IMG/VR virus record: IMGVR_UViG_3300009979_000004
Coordinates: 24,837 to 88,836 of that record
Origin: a virus
Lineage: Duplodnaviria; Caudoviricetes
DNA: 64,000 bases
Reading direction: 5' to 3' (one strand)
Shown here: positions 26,171 to 36,001 of the stretch, in pieces
How positions within the stretch are numbered: the stretch's first letter is position 1
How the letters are laid out: every line of letters starts with the position of its first letter
Translations under genes and position numbers: made by a program
The notes under the pieces: model-generated
Database searches by the model: none
The model's input: only the letters and a program-made list of their open reading frames with translations
What the model was told of the DNA's origin: nothing

Positions 26171-28872
26171 TGGCAATACATGTAGAAGCTCAAACCCAGG
26201 TAGAGGGGGGATTTGAGAAAGAAATAGAAAAATCCTCTGTAGGGATGATGCTGGATATTCTTCAGAAATACCAGTATCAATATCCGATTCGTTCAATTAT
26301 AAGAGAGCTGGTGTCAAATGGTATTGATGCTATTTATGAAAGAGAAGCAGCTCTTTCTATATTGAGGGAAGAAAGTAAAGTAGAAGACCACTATTCCACT
26401 ATAGAAGGATCTTTATATGAAGATAGCAAGTTTGATCCTTCTTATTACAATCCCGATTATCTGTCTGCCGAGAACCGTGTGTTTATAGATTATTATCAGT
26501 CTAATATGGAAAAGGACTATATTACTATTACAGATAATGGTGTTGGATTGGGTGGCAAGAGGTTACAGAAATATTTCAATCCTGGTTATTCGACCAAGCG
26601 GCTTAATAAAGCAGCGATAGGAAAATTCGGATTGGGCAATAAGAGTCCTTTATCCATTGGACCATTTTATACGGTTGAAAGCCGGTATAACGGGAATCTA
26701 TTCAGATTCAATGTATATGACGGAAGGGTAGAAAGTCTGATTCCACGATTCAATTTGGAAACCGAACAAGAGAATGCTTCTATTGTATTTGACAATGGGT
26801 ACAGGTTGTATTGTGAGAAAACTTCTTTACCTAATGGTGTAGAGATAAGGATAGAATGCAAGAAGCATCACAGGCAACAGTATATAGAGGCTGTTAAGAA
26901 TCAATTGCTTTACTTCGATAACATCTCCTTAGTTGTACATGGTGAAGATGGACACATGGAAAGGGTAGAGTATCGAGCAAGGATATTCTATGAAGATGAC
27001 CATATTATTCTGTCTGATAACAGCTATTGGGCAAAGCCTCACCTGCTGATCAATCGGGTGAATTACGGATTCATAGACTTTGCAGAGCTGGAGCTTGAAC
27101 AGAAGTTTGGAAATATTGGTATCAAGATGGATCCGGAGATGTTGGACATTAATCCTTCCCGGGAAGCTGTCAGATGGAGTGAGAAAACCAAGAATGTTGT
27201 ACTGGAGAAATTCAGAGATGTAGTAAAGATGGCTACTAAATTAGTACAGGAAGAGTTGAAGGAATTCGACTTTATTAAGTGGGTTAAGAATTGCTATCAG
27301 CTTTCTGTGAGATACAACAGCTCTCATAAAGATACTGTGCTCACCAGGCTTGCAGGAATCATAGATCTCTCTGAAATAGAACCTCACTTTCCTGGAGATA
27401 AAACCATTCGTTTCAATCCCAATTTGTTTGACTATTTTTCATGCAGAGAAATTATACAGTCTGTTACGTTTAAGGGTGGAAAGAAGATTACAAAGATTAT
27501 CAGAAATGATTTGAAACATGGATTAGGCAACTATACGCATCTTCCCATTGTGATCAGTGATGAACGGACTTCACCCAGAAAAGACAAGTACCTTTTATCC
27601 CAGTACACCGAAGGAGCTTTCATAGTTATCAAACCACCTGTATGGTTATCTGAGGAAAAGATTAATCTCACGGAGACTATTGCAGAGATTGGAAGAGAAG
27701 ATTACGATAAGATAAAGCCTCTCACGACTGCTATCTGGAAAGCTTTGAATAATTCCTCTGAGGTTACACTTTATTCTGAAGTTGTTGTACCAGAAGATTT
27801 CATAGCCACTGAATCTGAGGAGGAAGAAGAAATTGTAAATGAGGAACAGGCAAAACAGATAGACATAACTCACGAGGAGAGAAGAAAGCTTGAAGGTAAA
27901 ACAGTGATACATACTCCCAGAGTAATTCATCATACCTCTTACAGGTCTCAGGATGTCAAGTTATTTGAGTGGCAAAAGCTGGAAGTTCCTATACAAGAGA
28001 TTAACGATTGGGATGAAGAGGAAATATTTTATGGCAATGATGAAGATGATGAACTCCTGCATCTTGCAGCTTTCATATCCAGGGATGGCCGTAACACTAT
28101 GCGTGACCCGAGAAGATATAATTTCTATGCTTGGAAAAGTAGTCTGTATGATGCTAAGAAGCATACTCAAATAGAAAAGCTTTGTACGTTAGAAGAAGCT
28201 TATCGCTGTTATACTTTCTTTGACAATCCTGAGATCAAGATTATAAAAGTTGCCAAGACTGTCAATAAGTTATATCGGGACTTTAAGCATATCAAACAAT
28301 TCTTCTTAGACATAAGGAATAAAACTATAACAATGTCAAACGTTTTAATAAAGTGGAATACTGCTCGTCAGATAAAACCATTTCTTCATAAGCTACATTT
28401 CCTCTATAACTTTCCATTCGATCCAAACAAGCAGAATACGTTTCGGGCATTGATGGAATATGTACAGGAAAACGGTAAGATTATCGAGCCTGGCTCTCAT
28501 AGGTATTATTCCATAACTCCGGAAGCTATTACTGACTTAGAAGTGCACATAGAGAAAGTACAGAACTTTCAACTCTTTGTTAACCAATGTCAGGACCCGG
28601 CAAAAATTGCTGAAGTGGCTAAAGACCTATGGGGGAATGAATCCATAACTGACGGACAGGCTATAGACTTGAAGCTCTGGAATAGCTTCAAAGAACTACT
28701 GGATTGGGCTGAACCCATACAATCTTTGCTCAATAGTATTTGTCTTCTTACAGGACATGACAGATCCAGTATTGACGAATTTAGTGAACATAGAAATCCA
28801 GAAGAAAACGAAATTCCCGATGATGTGTACCGTGAAGTACAACAGTATCTTCAGTGGAAAAATGTATCTTAG
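26170..28872 (+). CDS. rIIA: rIIA-like protein with a GHKL ATPase N-terminus
   Basis: IRELVSNGIDA, ITDNGVGL, STKR, GKFGLGNKSP; adjacent to an rIIB-like gene. Confidence 0.85.
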   Translation: MAIHVEAQTQVEGGFEKEIEKSSVGMMLDILQKYQYQYPIRSIIRELVSNGIDAIYEREAALSILREESKVEDHYSTIEGSLYEDSKFDPSYYNPDYLSAENRVFIDYYQSNMEKDYITITDNGVGLGGKRLQKYFNPGYSTKRLNKAAIGKFGLGNKSPLSIGPFYTVESRYNGNLFRFNVYDGRVESLIPRFNLETEQENASIVFDNGYRLYCEKTSLPNGVEIRIECKKHHRQQYIEAVKNQLLYFDNISLVVHGEDGHMERVEYRARIFYEDDHIILSDNSYWAKPHLLINRVNYGFIDFAELELEQKFGNIGIKMDPEMLDINPSREAVRWSEKTKNVVLEKFRDVVKMATKLVQEELKEFDFIKWVKNCYQLSVRYNSSHKDTVLTRLAGIIDLSEIEPHFPGDKTIRFNPNLFDYFSCREIIQSVTFKGGKKITKIIRNDLKHGLGNYTHLPIVISDERTSPRKDKYLLSQYTEGAFIVIKPPVWLSEEKINLTETIAEIGREDYDKIKPLTTAIWKALNNSSEVTLYSEVVVPEDFIATESEEEEEIVNEEQAKQIDITHEERRKLEGKTVIHTPRVIHHTSYRSQDVKLFEWQKLEVPIQEINDWDEEEIFYGNDEDDELLHLAAFISRDGRNTMRDPRRYNFYAWKSSLYDAKKHTQIEKLCTLEEAYRCYTFFDNPEIKIIKVAKTVNKLYRDFKHIKQFFLDIRNKTITMSNVLIKWNTARQIKPFLHKLHFLYNFPFDPNKQNTFRALMEYVQENGKIIEPGSHRYYSITPEAITDLEVHIEKVQNFQLFVNQCQDPAKIAEVAKDLWGNESITDGQAIDLKLWNSFKELLDWAEPIQSLLNSICLLTGHDRSSIDEFSEHRNPEENEIPDDVYREVQQYLQWKNVS

Positions 28873-28904
28873 CTCTGTGAAGAGTTGTAAATTATAAACA
28901 CAAC

Positions 28905-30089
28905 ATGATGATAAATGTAAACAGGACTGAGTCTGTTATTTCAGGCTCAGTAAATGGCAAACCTTTCAGCGTTACTTTCAATGAAGGAAAGTATTCATTG
29001 ATGAAAAGCCTGGAAGCAAAGTCTGCAGCTGCTCAAACGATGGATGAGCTAAAGGCTATAGTAGAGGAATTTGAACCTCTCACCAAAGAGTCCTACAAAG
29101 AAATTGTAGAGACTGCATCTCCTTATTTATTCGTGAATAAGGCGACTAACAGATTCTATTTGAAATACAATAATGTAATATCTTCTAAAGCTGTTCCACA
29201 GGCTTTAGTAGATCGTATCTTAATATCCGTGGAAAAGAACATTGATATTACTCCTCTGATAAAGTGCTGGGTAAGATTCTTGAGGAATCCTAATTTCTCA
29301 AACGAAAAAGCAGACCTATTTGCCAAGTACATCAATTCAGAGTATGTAAATTATGAGAGAGTAACAGAATTAATGGAAACTGAAGGCCTTAGTGAAGAAG
29401 CTGCCATACGTCTTTCCACAACTCCACAAGTAGCTATTACTTTGGAAGGATTGATTGTAGGCTATAAAGTATCCGAGGAAGTGAGAGAACGTTATGATCT
29501 TAATGAGCAGGAAGAAGTAATCACTAAAAGCAGGTACAAGAAAACTGTTGATCCTGATACAGGAATGGTTACTTACGCCGAACCAGAGTATGTGGAAGAG
29601 AGATTATTTATTCCTGCAGTACAACGCATGAGTGGAGATGAATTCTGGAGTGTAGGAGTTGATGTAAACAATCAGCACTATTCTAAGAAAGGACATCATA
29701 TCCGTGTAGGTGCTTCTCATTTTCTTGATAGCTGGGACCAAGTAGACTGTAACGATAACAGAACTTGTGTAAAAGGTCTTCACATAGGTGGATTATCCTA
29801 CATTCATGGATATCAGAATGAAGGTACAGTAACTCATAACATTCTTGTAGATCCAGCCGATATTGGAGCTGTATGCAATATAGACCACAGTGATGGAGCT
29901 ATGAGAGTTAAACGATATTTCGTTCACTCTTCTTTTGCCGGAGTTAACAAAAACATCTATCACAGCAGCAAGTATGCAGCGATGAATGATGCAGAGTACA
30001 GAAAATCTCTTGAAGAGGTAGTTACCAAGACTCAAATGGCCAAGGAAGAACTAGATAAAAATCTTGCGGAAGCAAGTTCATTAGTCTGA
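28905..30089 (+). CDS. rIIB: rIIB-like protein
   Basis: FLRNPN, GLIVGYK, VDCNDNRTCVKGLHIG and ILVDPADIGAV motifs. Confidence 0.82.
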   Translation: MMINVNRTESVISGSVNGKPFSVTFNEGKYSLMKSLEAKSAAAQTMDELKAIVEEFEPLTKESYKEIVETASPYLFVNKATNRFYLKYNNVISSKAVPQALVDRILISVEKNIDITPLIKCWVRFLRNPNFSNEKADLFAKYINSEYVNYERVTELMETEGLSEEAAIRLSTTPQVAITLEGLIVGYKVSEEVRERYDLNEQEEVITKSRYKKTVDPDTGMVTYAEPEYVEERLFIPAVQRMSGDEFWSVGVDVNNQHYSKKGHHIRVGASHFLDSWDQVDCNDNRTCVKGLHIGGLSYIHGYQNEGTVTHNILVDPADIGAVCNIDHSDGAMRVKRYFVHSSFAGVNKNIYHSSKYAAMNDAEYRKSLEEVVTKTQMAKEELDKNLAEASSLV

Positions 30090-30098
30090 TGAATTACC

Positions 30099-30130
30099 AG
30101 AAGAGATGTGTAGGTGCATCTCTTCTTTTT
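30099..30130 (+). terminator. intrinsic terminator
   Basis: AGAAGAGATG...CATCTCTTCT followed by a T run. Confidence 0.75.
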
Positions 30131-30140
30131 ATAACCTTAT

Positions 30141-30569
30141 ATGACTACAAACGGAAAAAGAAACAGAGCAGTAGGACATAACTACGAAAGAGTGGTCGCT
30201 GAATCTTTCAGGAAACTGGGGTTCAGACATGTTATTACTTCCAGGAATGGAAACAGAGACAGGGATGGGCAGAAAGTAGATCTCGTGAACAGGGATGAAC
30301 TAGTGAATGGAAGATTCCCTTACAATGTACAGTGTAAATGTACTACCAAAGCACTTGCTTACCCAAAGCTTCTCAAACAGTTGCCAAGAGTAGATGGTGT
30401 GATGAATGTAATCTTTCACAAACAGACTAAGAAATGTAAGTCGAAATTCATGCCCTCTGACAGATTTGTAATATTATATGAGAAAGATTTTCTTGAGATA
30501 GTTTCAAGGCTTGATAAACCACCTCTCACAGCAAAACTATTTGTACAATCCTCTAATTCCAAATCATGA
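30141..30569 (+). CDS. PD-(D/E)xK nuclease, probable Holliday junction resolvase
   Basis: KRNRAVGHNYER, KVDL and NVQCK motifs. Confidence 0.7.
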   Translation: MTTNGKRNRAVGHNYERVVAESFRKLGFRHVITSRNGNRDRDGQKVDLVNRDELVNGRFPYNVQCKCTTKALAYPKLLKQLPRVDGVMNVIFHKQTKKCKSKFMPSDRFVILYEKDFLEIVSRLDKPPLTAKLFVQSSNSKS

Positions 30570-31342
30570 CAGCACTCATAGATGCAGACAGTATCGTATA
30601 TATAGTAGCCTGGCATCACAAAGAATTGGCAGATGAATTTTCTGAACAGCTGGTAAGGAATTCCTGTGACCAAATAGTACAGAATATCTTATCTGCGTGT
30701 AATGCAACCCGTTATCTGGGAAGTTTTTCTTCCTCACCCAACTTTAGACATGAACATTACAAGTTTGCTCCCTATAAAGGCACTCGTAAAGAGAAAGCTG
30801 AATGGGTGATACGGTGGGAAGGAGTTATCAAACGTCATCTGTGCACCAAATGGAAATTCTTCATACCCATAGGGATTGAAGCTGATGATGTCCTTAGTGG
30901 AGCCTGGCATCTGATAAATGGAGAATCAGAGTGTGTCGTATGTAGCCCTGACAAAGACCTTATACAGATACCAGGGTATTACTATGATTATCACAAAGCT
31001 GAAGGAATGAGACTCATTAGTGAACAGGAAGCTTCTGGGCATCTGTGTAAACAAATGCTTACAGGTGATGTGACAGATAACATCAAAGGAATCCCTGGTA
31101 TAGGAGATGTAAAAGCAGATTCTATGTTGAGTGGAAAAGAAGATGGTATACAGTGTGTAAAGACTGCTTACTACAAACATTTTGGAGAATATTATGGAGA
31201 TATTATCTACCGGGAAACGGTGATAGCTCTTCAATTGCTTTGTCCTACTCATCCATTGTGGGAAGAGTATAAGCAGTTCATAGAAGGGATAGTAAAGATT
31301 CACGTTCATCCTGTCGTGATAGAAGTTGAGCAGAGTATCTAG
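30566..31342 (+). CDS. 5'-3' exonuclease (T7 gp6/T5 D15-like, FEN fold)
   Basis: LIDADS, YKGTR, EADD, SPDKDL and GDVTDNIKGIPGIG motifs. Confidence 0.9.
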   Translation: MTALIDADSIVYIVAWHHKELADEFSEQLVRNSCDQIVQNILSACNATRYLGSFSSSPNFRHEHYKFAPYKGTRKEKAEWVIRWEGVIKRHLCTKWKFFIPIGIEADDVLSGAWHLINGESECVVCSPDKDLIQIPGYYYDYHKAEGMRLISEQEASGHLCKQMLTGDVTDNIKGIPGIGDVKADSMLSGKEDGIQCVKTAYYKHFGEYYGDIIYRETVIALQLLCPTHPLWEEYKQFIEGIVKIHVHPVVIEVEQSI

Positions 31343-31371
31343 CAAAGAACAATATATCTAAATAAGTAACT

Positions 31372-31938
31372 ATGAATATACAGAACATAGTAAAAGAGCT
31401 TCATAAAGACAATCTATGCACTTATTTTGTTCTTCCTATGTTAAAGCTCAACAAGTTTAGATTCATTGCAGATTTTAACTTTGTAAACAGCTTTCTGTCC
31501 AGGGACAGAAGATTGATAGTGGTACAGGTTTTAGAGACACTCTTCTTTGAGCACAAGCTTTCACAGCATCCAAATTACAGGGGATTATATAAGGATGAAT
31601 TCAACAACAGATTCATCGTGTATGCTATCCCGATATTCTTTAAACGTGATGTGGAGTTATTCTGTAATGGAAGGTATAGCAGCATGTCTGATAAAGCTAA
31701 GGAACTCATCAGGCAATATTCCGGTTTGCTGTACCGTTCTATGAATACAGATGGACAGCTTGTTACCGATATACGCCTATTGGCTCTGGAGAAATCCAAG
31801 TCAGTCAGGAGTATGTGGGAAGATGTTCTTGACTGTACACTGGAAGAGAATCAGGAATTATTATCTATCCCTAAAGAGGATAGTTTCATGAGTATAGAAG
31901 ATTATAGTGTGATAAGTATGGACAACAAGGGCGGGTAG
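31372..31938 (+). CDS. hypothetical phage protein
   Basis: 188-aa last gene of the + strand arm. Confidence 0.75.
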   Translation: MNIQNIVKELHKDNLCTYFVLPMLKLNKFRFIADFNFVNSFLSRDRRLIVVQVLETLFFEHKLSQHPNYRGLYKDEFNNRFIVYAIPIFFKRDVELFCNGRYSSMSDKAKELIRQYSGLLYRSMNTDGQLVTDIRLLALEKSKSVRSMWEDVLDCTLEENQELLSIPKEDSFMSIEDYSVISMDNKGG

Positions 31939-31957
31939 CTTCGGCTATCCGCTTTTT
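31931..31957. terminator. terminator between the converging arms
   Basis: GCGGGTAGC-TTCG-GCTATCCGC followed by TTTTT, where + and - strand operons meet. Confidence 0.85.
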
Positions 31958-31969
31958 CTTTTCATTAGC

Positions 31970-32125
31970 CTATAACTTTTTGATTACCTTATCAGCAGCT
32001 TCTTTCCCTTTAGCCTCTACAATGGTCTTTACTACTCCAAGGATTTGTTTCATCCACCATCTCTTGAATAGTGGGGCTCTTTTCTTTTTCTCCTCCAGGT
32101 GTTCAATGAGTTCTTGTGCTTGCAT
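31970..32125 (-). CDS. 51-aa basic amphipathic protein in the lysis cassette
   Basis: Translated by eye: MQAQELIEHLEEKKKRAPLFKRWWMKQILGVVKTIVEAKG...VIKKL. Confidence 0.6.
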   Translation of the reverse strand: MQAQELIEHLEEKKKRAPLFKRWWMKQILGVVKTIVEAKGKEAADKVIKKL

Positions 32126-32126
32126 A

Positions 32127-32417
32127 TTATTGAGGTTTAGTTTCTGTTTCAGTATGTGCTGTAATATTTATGTCAGCAGTAGAGTTGCCTGGTACAGTCC
32201 TATTGGCTCTTGTGCTAGCACTGCTACCAAGTAAATACCCTATTCCACCACCCACTGCCGTTGACAACCAGAAAATCATTGAAGAATCTGCTACTCTCTT
32301 TGAGTCTTCTTCGGGGAGATAGATGATCAGGAACACAGTCAGCATAGCTCCAAAGCTGGTTAGAGATACTATGAACCAAAATATTTTGTCAAAGTGCGGA
32401 TCAGCAGATTTTGGCAT
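32127..32417 (-). CDS. putative holin (two TM segments)
   Basis: Two TM helices with ..GYLLGSSAS motif, next to the putative lysin. Confidence 0.6.
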   Translation of the reverse strand: MPKSADPHFDKIFWFIVSLTSFGAMLTVFLIIYLPEEDSKRVADSSMIFWLSTAVGGGIGYLLGSSASTRANRTVPGNSTADINITAHTETETKPQ

Positions 32418-32453
32418 AACAGGTACTTATACCCTAAAGATAAGGAATAATCC

Positions 32454-33023
32454 CTATATCTGGCCAGTATTGTCAATGAGCAGATAGGGGACTACGGCTT
32501 TATTCCAATTTTTTTCAAAGAGCCTTATCTGCTCACTCTTAGCCAGATTATAAAAGGCATCCCATTGGTCAGGGTGGATTGTCTGACATCCTTCTGAAGA
32601 AGTACTCTTGTAACTCCCCTTGTGGATATTGATTCCAAACATTCCTGTCCTTTCTCCAACTCCATCCCGTAATACTGTAACAGGTCCCAGTCTCTGGCAG
32701 ATTGCCGGATACTGAGATTTTGTACCTCGATGAGTGTCAAACTTGTGAACGAAATAGAGACCTGGTTTTAGTACTGCAATTCCTTTACGGTAGATACTGG
32801 GATCTGTATTGGCATTGAAAGCAGCTGTTACATTAGGAGTATCTATGAACATGGCATCATCATAAATACCTCTGTCATTCTTTCCTTTCTTTCCCATTGT
32901 ATTAAGGTAGTAAGCTCGTATTCCTACTAATACTAATGGATAAGTCTTCCTGGAGAGCTTTCCTTTACTGTATTCGTTGATTAATGCCTGTATCTTTTCT
33001 TTGGAGAGTCTGGGAGCAGTCAT
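32454..33023 (-). CDS. putative endolysin with an L,D-transpeptidase (YkuD/Tlde1)-like catalytic motif
   Basis: [17 protein letters not shown] (HxG...SxGC); start placed at MTAPRL (33023). Confidence 0.6.
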   Translation of the reverse strand: MTAPRLSKEKIQALINEYSKGKLSRKTYPLVLVGIRAYYLNTMGKKGKNDRGIYDDAMFIDTPNVTAAFNANTDPSIYRKGIAVLKPGLYFVHKFDTHRGTKSQYPAICQRLGPVTVLRDGVGERTGMFGINIHKGSYKSTSSEGCQTIHPDQWDAFYNLAKSEQIRLFEKNWNKAVVPYLLIDNTGQI

Positions 33024-33091
33024 AATTGGAGCTTTTAAACATTTGCACATTTGCAAGAGCCTATATACATCTGCAAATCTGCAAAAGTGAT

Positions 33092-33364
33092 TTATGTACC
33101 GGCAATATCCCACTTTCCTATGGGACAAGAGCTGCTGGGGTCTGCTGTCTTGGCGCTTAGAGGACAATTGCATTTTCCACACTTGTAGAGTGAGCCATCT
33201 TCATTAATCATCCTGACAATCTTTTTACCGGCAGCATTTAGCTGTTGTTTGTAAGAACACGAATCACATATCTCCAAACGCTGGCTCATCAGCTCTCTTA
33301 TATAAGGTGTTGCTTTTGAGAAATTATACCATCCCCTGGCGATATGTGATAATGCTTTTAGCAT
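33092..33364 (-). CDS. Cys-rich zinc-binding protein
   Basis: CDSC, CGKCNCP and CPIGKW motifs. Confidence 0.7.
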   Translation of the reverse strand: MLKALSHIARGWYNFSKATPYIRELMSQRLEICDSCSYKQQLNAAGKKIVRMINEDGSLYKCGKCNCPLSAKTADPSSSCPIGKWDIAGT

Positions 33365-33368
33365 ATAG

Positions 33369-33761
33369 TTATGCTACTTTCTTAGTTTCTTTCAGTAGAT
33401 ACTCGTAGATCTTTGGATAATTGTTCTTGGAAACAATAGAGTTGATAATGGTGTCCTCAATCTCAGGACACTCTGTAAGGTTTACCAGGACTCCTGTAAC
33501 TTCTTTATAATCATCCAAGAATTCTTTGATCTTGGGATTGTCCTTTCCATCTTCCAACTTTGCTTTGATCTCATTGCCACCATCAGCATGTTTACGTATC
33601 AGCTCTTCTCTCATCTTCATAGTGGGCTCGATGTGAGAGTTTAACTGCTTTAAAAAAACAGTCAGCTTGTACTTTAAGCCTAAGTTGATTGGTTCTGCCA
33701 GGAATGCACCTAGCTCTGCATTAAGTTGTAGAATGTCTTCTACTTTCATTGAACAGGTCAT
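33369..33761 (-). CDS. hypothetical late protein
   Basis: 130-aa ORF in the - strand operon. Confidence 0.7.
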   Translation of the reverse strand: MTCSMKVEDILQLNAELGAFLAEPINLGLKYKLTVFLKQLNSHIEPTMKMREELIRKHADGGNEIKAKLEDGKDNPKIKEFLDDYKEVTGVLVNLTECPEIEDTIINSIVSKNNYPKIYEYLLKETKKVA

Positions 33762-33789
33762 GTGTGTTGATTTGATGTAAATATAGGGA

Positions 33790-34065
33790 TTATTCTTTAT
33801 CTTTCTTAGACTGTAGCAGTCCTTCTATCCGGTGAGCCACTTTGGAAAGTTCATCCAGTTTCTCATTCGTTACCTTGCGGTCGTTCTCCAGTTCATTGAT
33901 CCTGGTCTCATGGTTGCTTAGAATCTTACCCAGTTCCAATTTCTTTAAATCTTTTATATCATCCTGTGCCATATCAAGCCTACTTTCATGTTTGAATAAT
34001 TTTACAACTATCCAGGTGAAAAATGCTATAACAAAGGGTATCGCAGAATAAAATACAGTCGTCAT
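33790..34065 (-). CDS. TM plus coiled-coil protein (holin- or spanin-like)
   Basis: N-terminal TM then HETRINELE coiled coil. Confidence 0.6.
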   Translation of the reverse strand: MTTVFYSAIPFVIAFFTWIVVKLFKHESRLDMAQDDIKDLKKLELGKILSNHETRINELENDRKVTNEKLDELSKVAHRIEGLLQSKKDKE

Positions 34066-34490
34066 TGCTTTCTCTTAAAGTCTAAATCAAAGATTAAGTC
34101 AACCACTGCAAATATAGTTATAACAATGTAGAATACGATATAAGGCGTATGCGATTGCCTGAAGTCATACCAGTACATGAAAAGGTCCAAAACCCTATAT
34201 ACCAGATGAATAATCAACAGCTTTCTTATCTCATACGTATCCCTTACCAGTATAACTATCAGCAAGACGATAATCCATACCAGGAGCTGTGCTGTATCAT
34301 GAACATACCATGCAACAGTTTGTTCCTTCCTGGAATTCATAAACAACGATACCTTCTTGACAGTAGGTTTGGTACATACTGTGTCATTGACAACAGTGGC
34401 ACTTTGCACTAATGGAGCCGGCACTAAGTTGTGTAGCTCCATTAATGTAAAAGTGAATAATAGCAGAAGAACGTAACCAATTCTTTTCAT
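34062..34490 (-). CDS. multi-TM membrane protein
   Basis: Four hydrophobic segments. Confidence 0.7.
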   Translation of the reverse strand: MKRIGYVLLLLFTFTLMELHNLVPAPLVQSATVVNDTVCTKPTVKKVSLFMNSRKEQTVAWYVHDTAQLLVWIIVLLIVILVRDTYEIRKLLIIHLVYRVLDLFMYWYDFRQSHTPYIVFYIVITIFAVVDLIFDLDFKRKQ

Positions 34491-34500
34491 GAATCATTTT

Positions 34501-34647
34501 TTATGGTTCATCCGGGCGGTCTTCAATTGGTGGAGTAGTCTCCATAGTTTCAGACTTTTCCAGTTCGCTTAGTTCGTCTTCTACACTTGTAACCATCTTT
34601 TTAAGATCTTCCAAGAGACATTCCAAAAACTTTTGCTTTTTCTTCAT
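34501..34647 (-). CDS. 48-aa hypothetical protein
   Basis: Translated by eye: MKKKQKFLECLLEDLKKMV...DRPDEP. Confidence 0.5.
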   Translation of the reverse strand: MKKKQKFLECLLEDLKKMVTSVEDELSELEKSETMETTPPIEDRPDEP

Positions 34648-34688
34648 TGTGAAAGTTTTAAGGGTGAGTTAATGGCCCCAAAACTACA

Positions 34689-35891
34689 CTATTTTTTCAA
34701 TCTCAATATGAATTTGCCTTCTATAGGATTCAGTGCACCATTTGTATAGTTGCTATAGCGAACAGTGACTTTACCTGGAGCAGAAACCCATGCTGAAAAT
34801 TCTCCCATCAGGTTCTGTCTCACAGCAGCATCTATACTCACATCCAGGAAGTCTCCCTTCTCAGCTTGCGGTACATCCACTACTATTTCAGATTTTGAAA
34901 AAGCCCAAGTCTGTGGAAAATCTAAAAGATATGCCATCTGTTGTTTGTAACTCTTAATGTTTCCTGTAATGTCTGCAAAATTACCATCTACCGAATAAGG
35001 AAGATTGATAGTTCCACCGTAGTCAGGAATCTGTATAACAAGTGCACTGGCAAGATTATCTATTCTAATCTCAACTACATCTTCCAGTGCACTCTTTCCA
35101 AGCCTTAAGTAAGGAGCTCCAAATATAGTATTCAGAGATGCAATAGCATCCTGTGCCTGATTCATCACTCCTATAAATTTATTATCTCCGAAGCTCATCA
35201 TATTGTTAGTAGTCTTCCATCCCACATCGGTTGTTTGTTGCAGGTCCTGACCACCCATATTTTGCACAACTATATTTCCATTTTCATCAGCATAGTTTCC
35301 ATTTACTGATAATGTGAGAGTGGGATTCTGAATCTGAGCATTGGGATATTGTACCTGTTTGTGCCCACTGATGTTATCTCCTCTTAATGTAATGCTATTC
35401 AAGTCTGCATTCCACTTTAATTTAGTATAAGGCATTCCATCTACGTCAGTTCCAATAGAAGAGACACCTTGTCCAACACCTGAATCATCAGCAGCAGCCA
35501 GGAACTTATTTGTCTTGTTTACTATTATACTATTGGAAGTTTGATTACCGTTGTTAGTAATATCCTGTAAGGTAGGAAAGCTGTTGGAAGTGGATATTCT
35601 TCTCCAGACCGGATCTGGTTTTGTTCCTTCATTGACGTACACTCCCGGACCATTTGGAAACTCTACATCGTTTGCAGAAGTATTCCAGATGAGAAGGCCT
35701 TTCTCAGGTTCAATTATTGTGTTTTCATCTAGCGTATCTTGTAGCTCTACCTTTGGTAAAAGGAAGCCTTTGCTGTTGGACGATAGCTGAAGAATAGCTG
35801 ATAGGTCCGGAGTCTGTGTACCAATGCCTACTCCCTGAGAGTAAGCAGCTGAAATCTTTAATAGAACTAATAGAATAGTTAATCGCATCAT
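34689..35891 (-). CDS. signal-peptide protein built from tail-fibre modules
   Basis: MMRLTILLVLLKISAAYS-QGVGIGTQTPDLSAILQLSS; C-terminus similar to that of the 503-aa fibre. Confidence 0.75.
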   Translation of the reverse strand: MMRLTILLVLLKISAAYSQGVGIGTQTPDLSAILQLSSNSKGFLLPKVELQDTLDENTIIEPEKGLLIWNTSANDVEFPNGPGVYVNEGTKPDPVWRRISTSNSFPTLQDITNNGNQTSNSIIVNKTNKFLAAADDSGVGQGVSSIGTDVDGMPYTKLKWNADLNSITLRGDNISGHKQVQYPNAQIQNPTLTLSVNGNYADENGNIVVQNMGGQDLQQTTDVGWKTTNNMMSFGDNKFIGVMNQAQDAIASLNTIFGAPYLRLGKSALEDVVEIRIDNLASALVIQIPDYGGTINLPYSVDGNFADITGNIKSYKQQMAYLLDFPQTWAFSKSEIVVDVPQAEKGDFLDVSIDAAVRQNLMGEFSAWVSAPGKVTVRYSNYTNGALNPIEGKFILRLKK

Positions 35892-35949
35892 GCTATTATA
35901 TAATATTTAAATGGTTACAAGCGTTATAAGTGCGATAGTAAAATTACGG

Positions 35950-35980
35950 CAAATATAGTACTTCTACTCATTTAAACAAA
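35950..35980 (-). promoter_or_regulatory. consensus Bacteroidota housekeeping promoter
   Basis: Minus strand reads TTTG-N19-TATATTTG, an exact match to the -33/-7 consensus, about 60 nt upstream of the 35891 start. Confidence 0.75.
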
Positions 35981-36001
35981 CTATCCTATTAAACTACTAG
36001 A

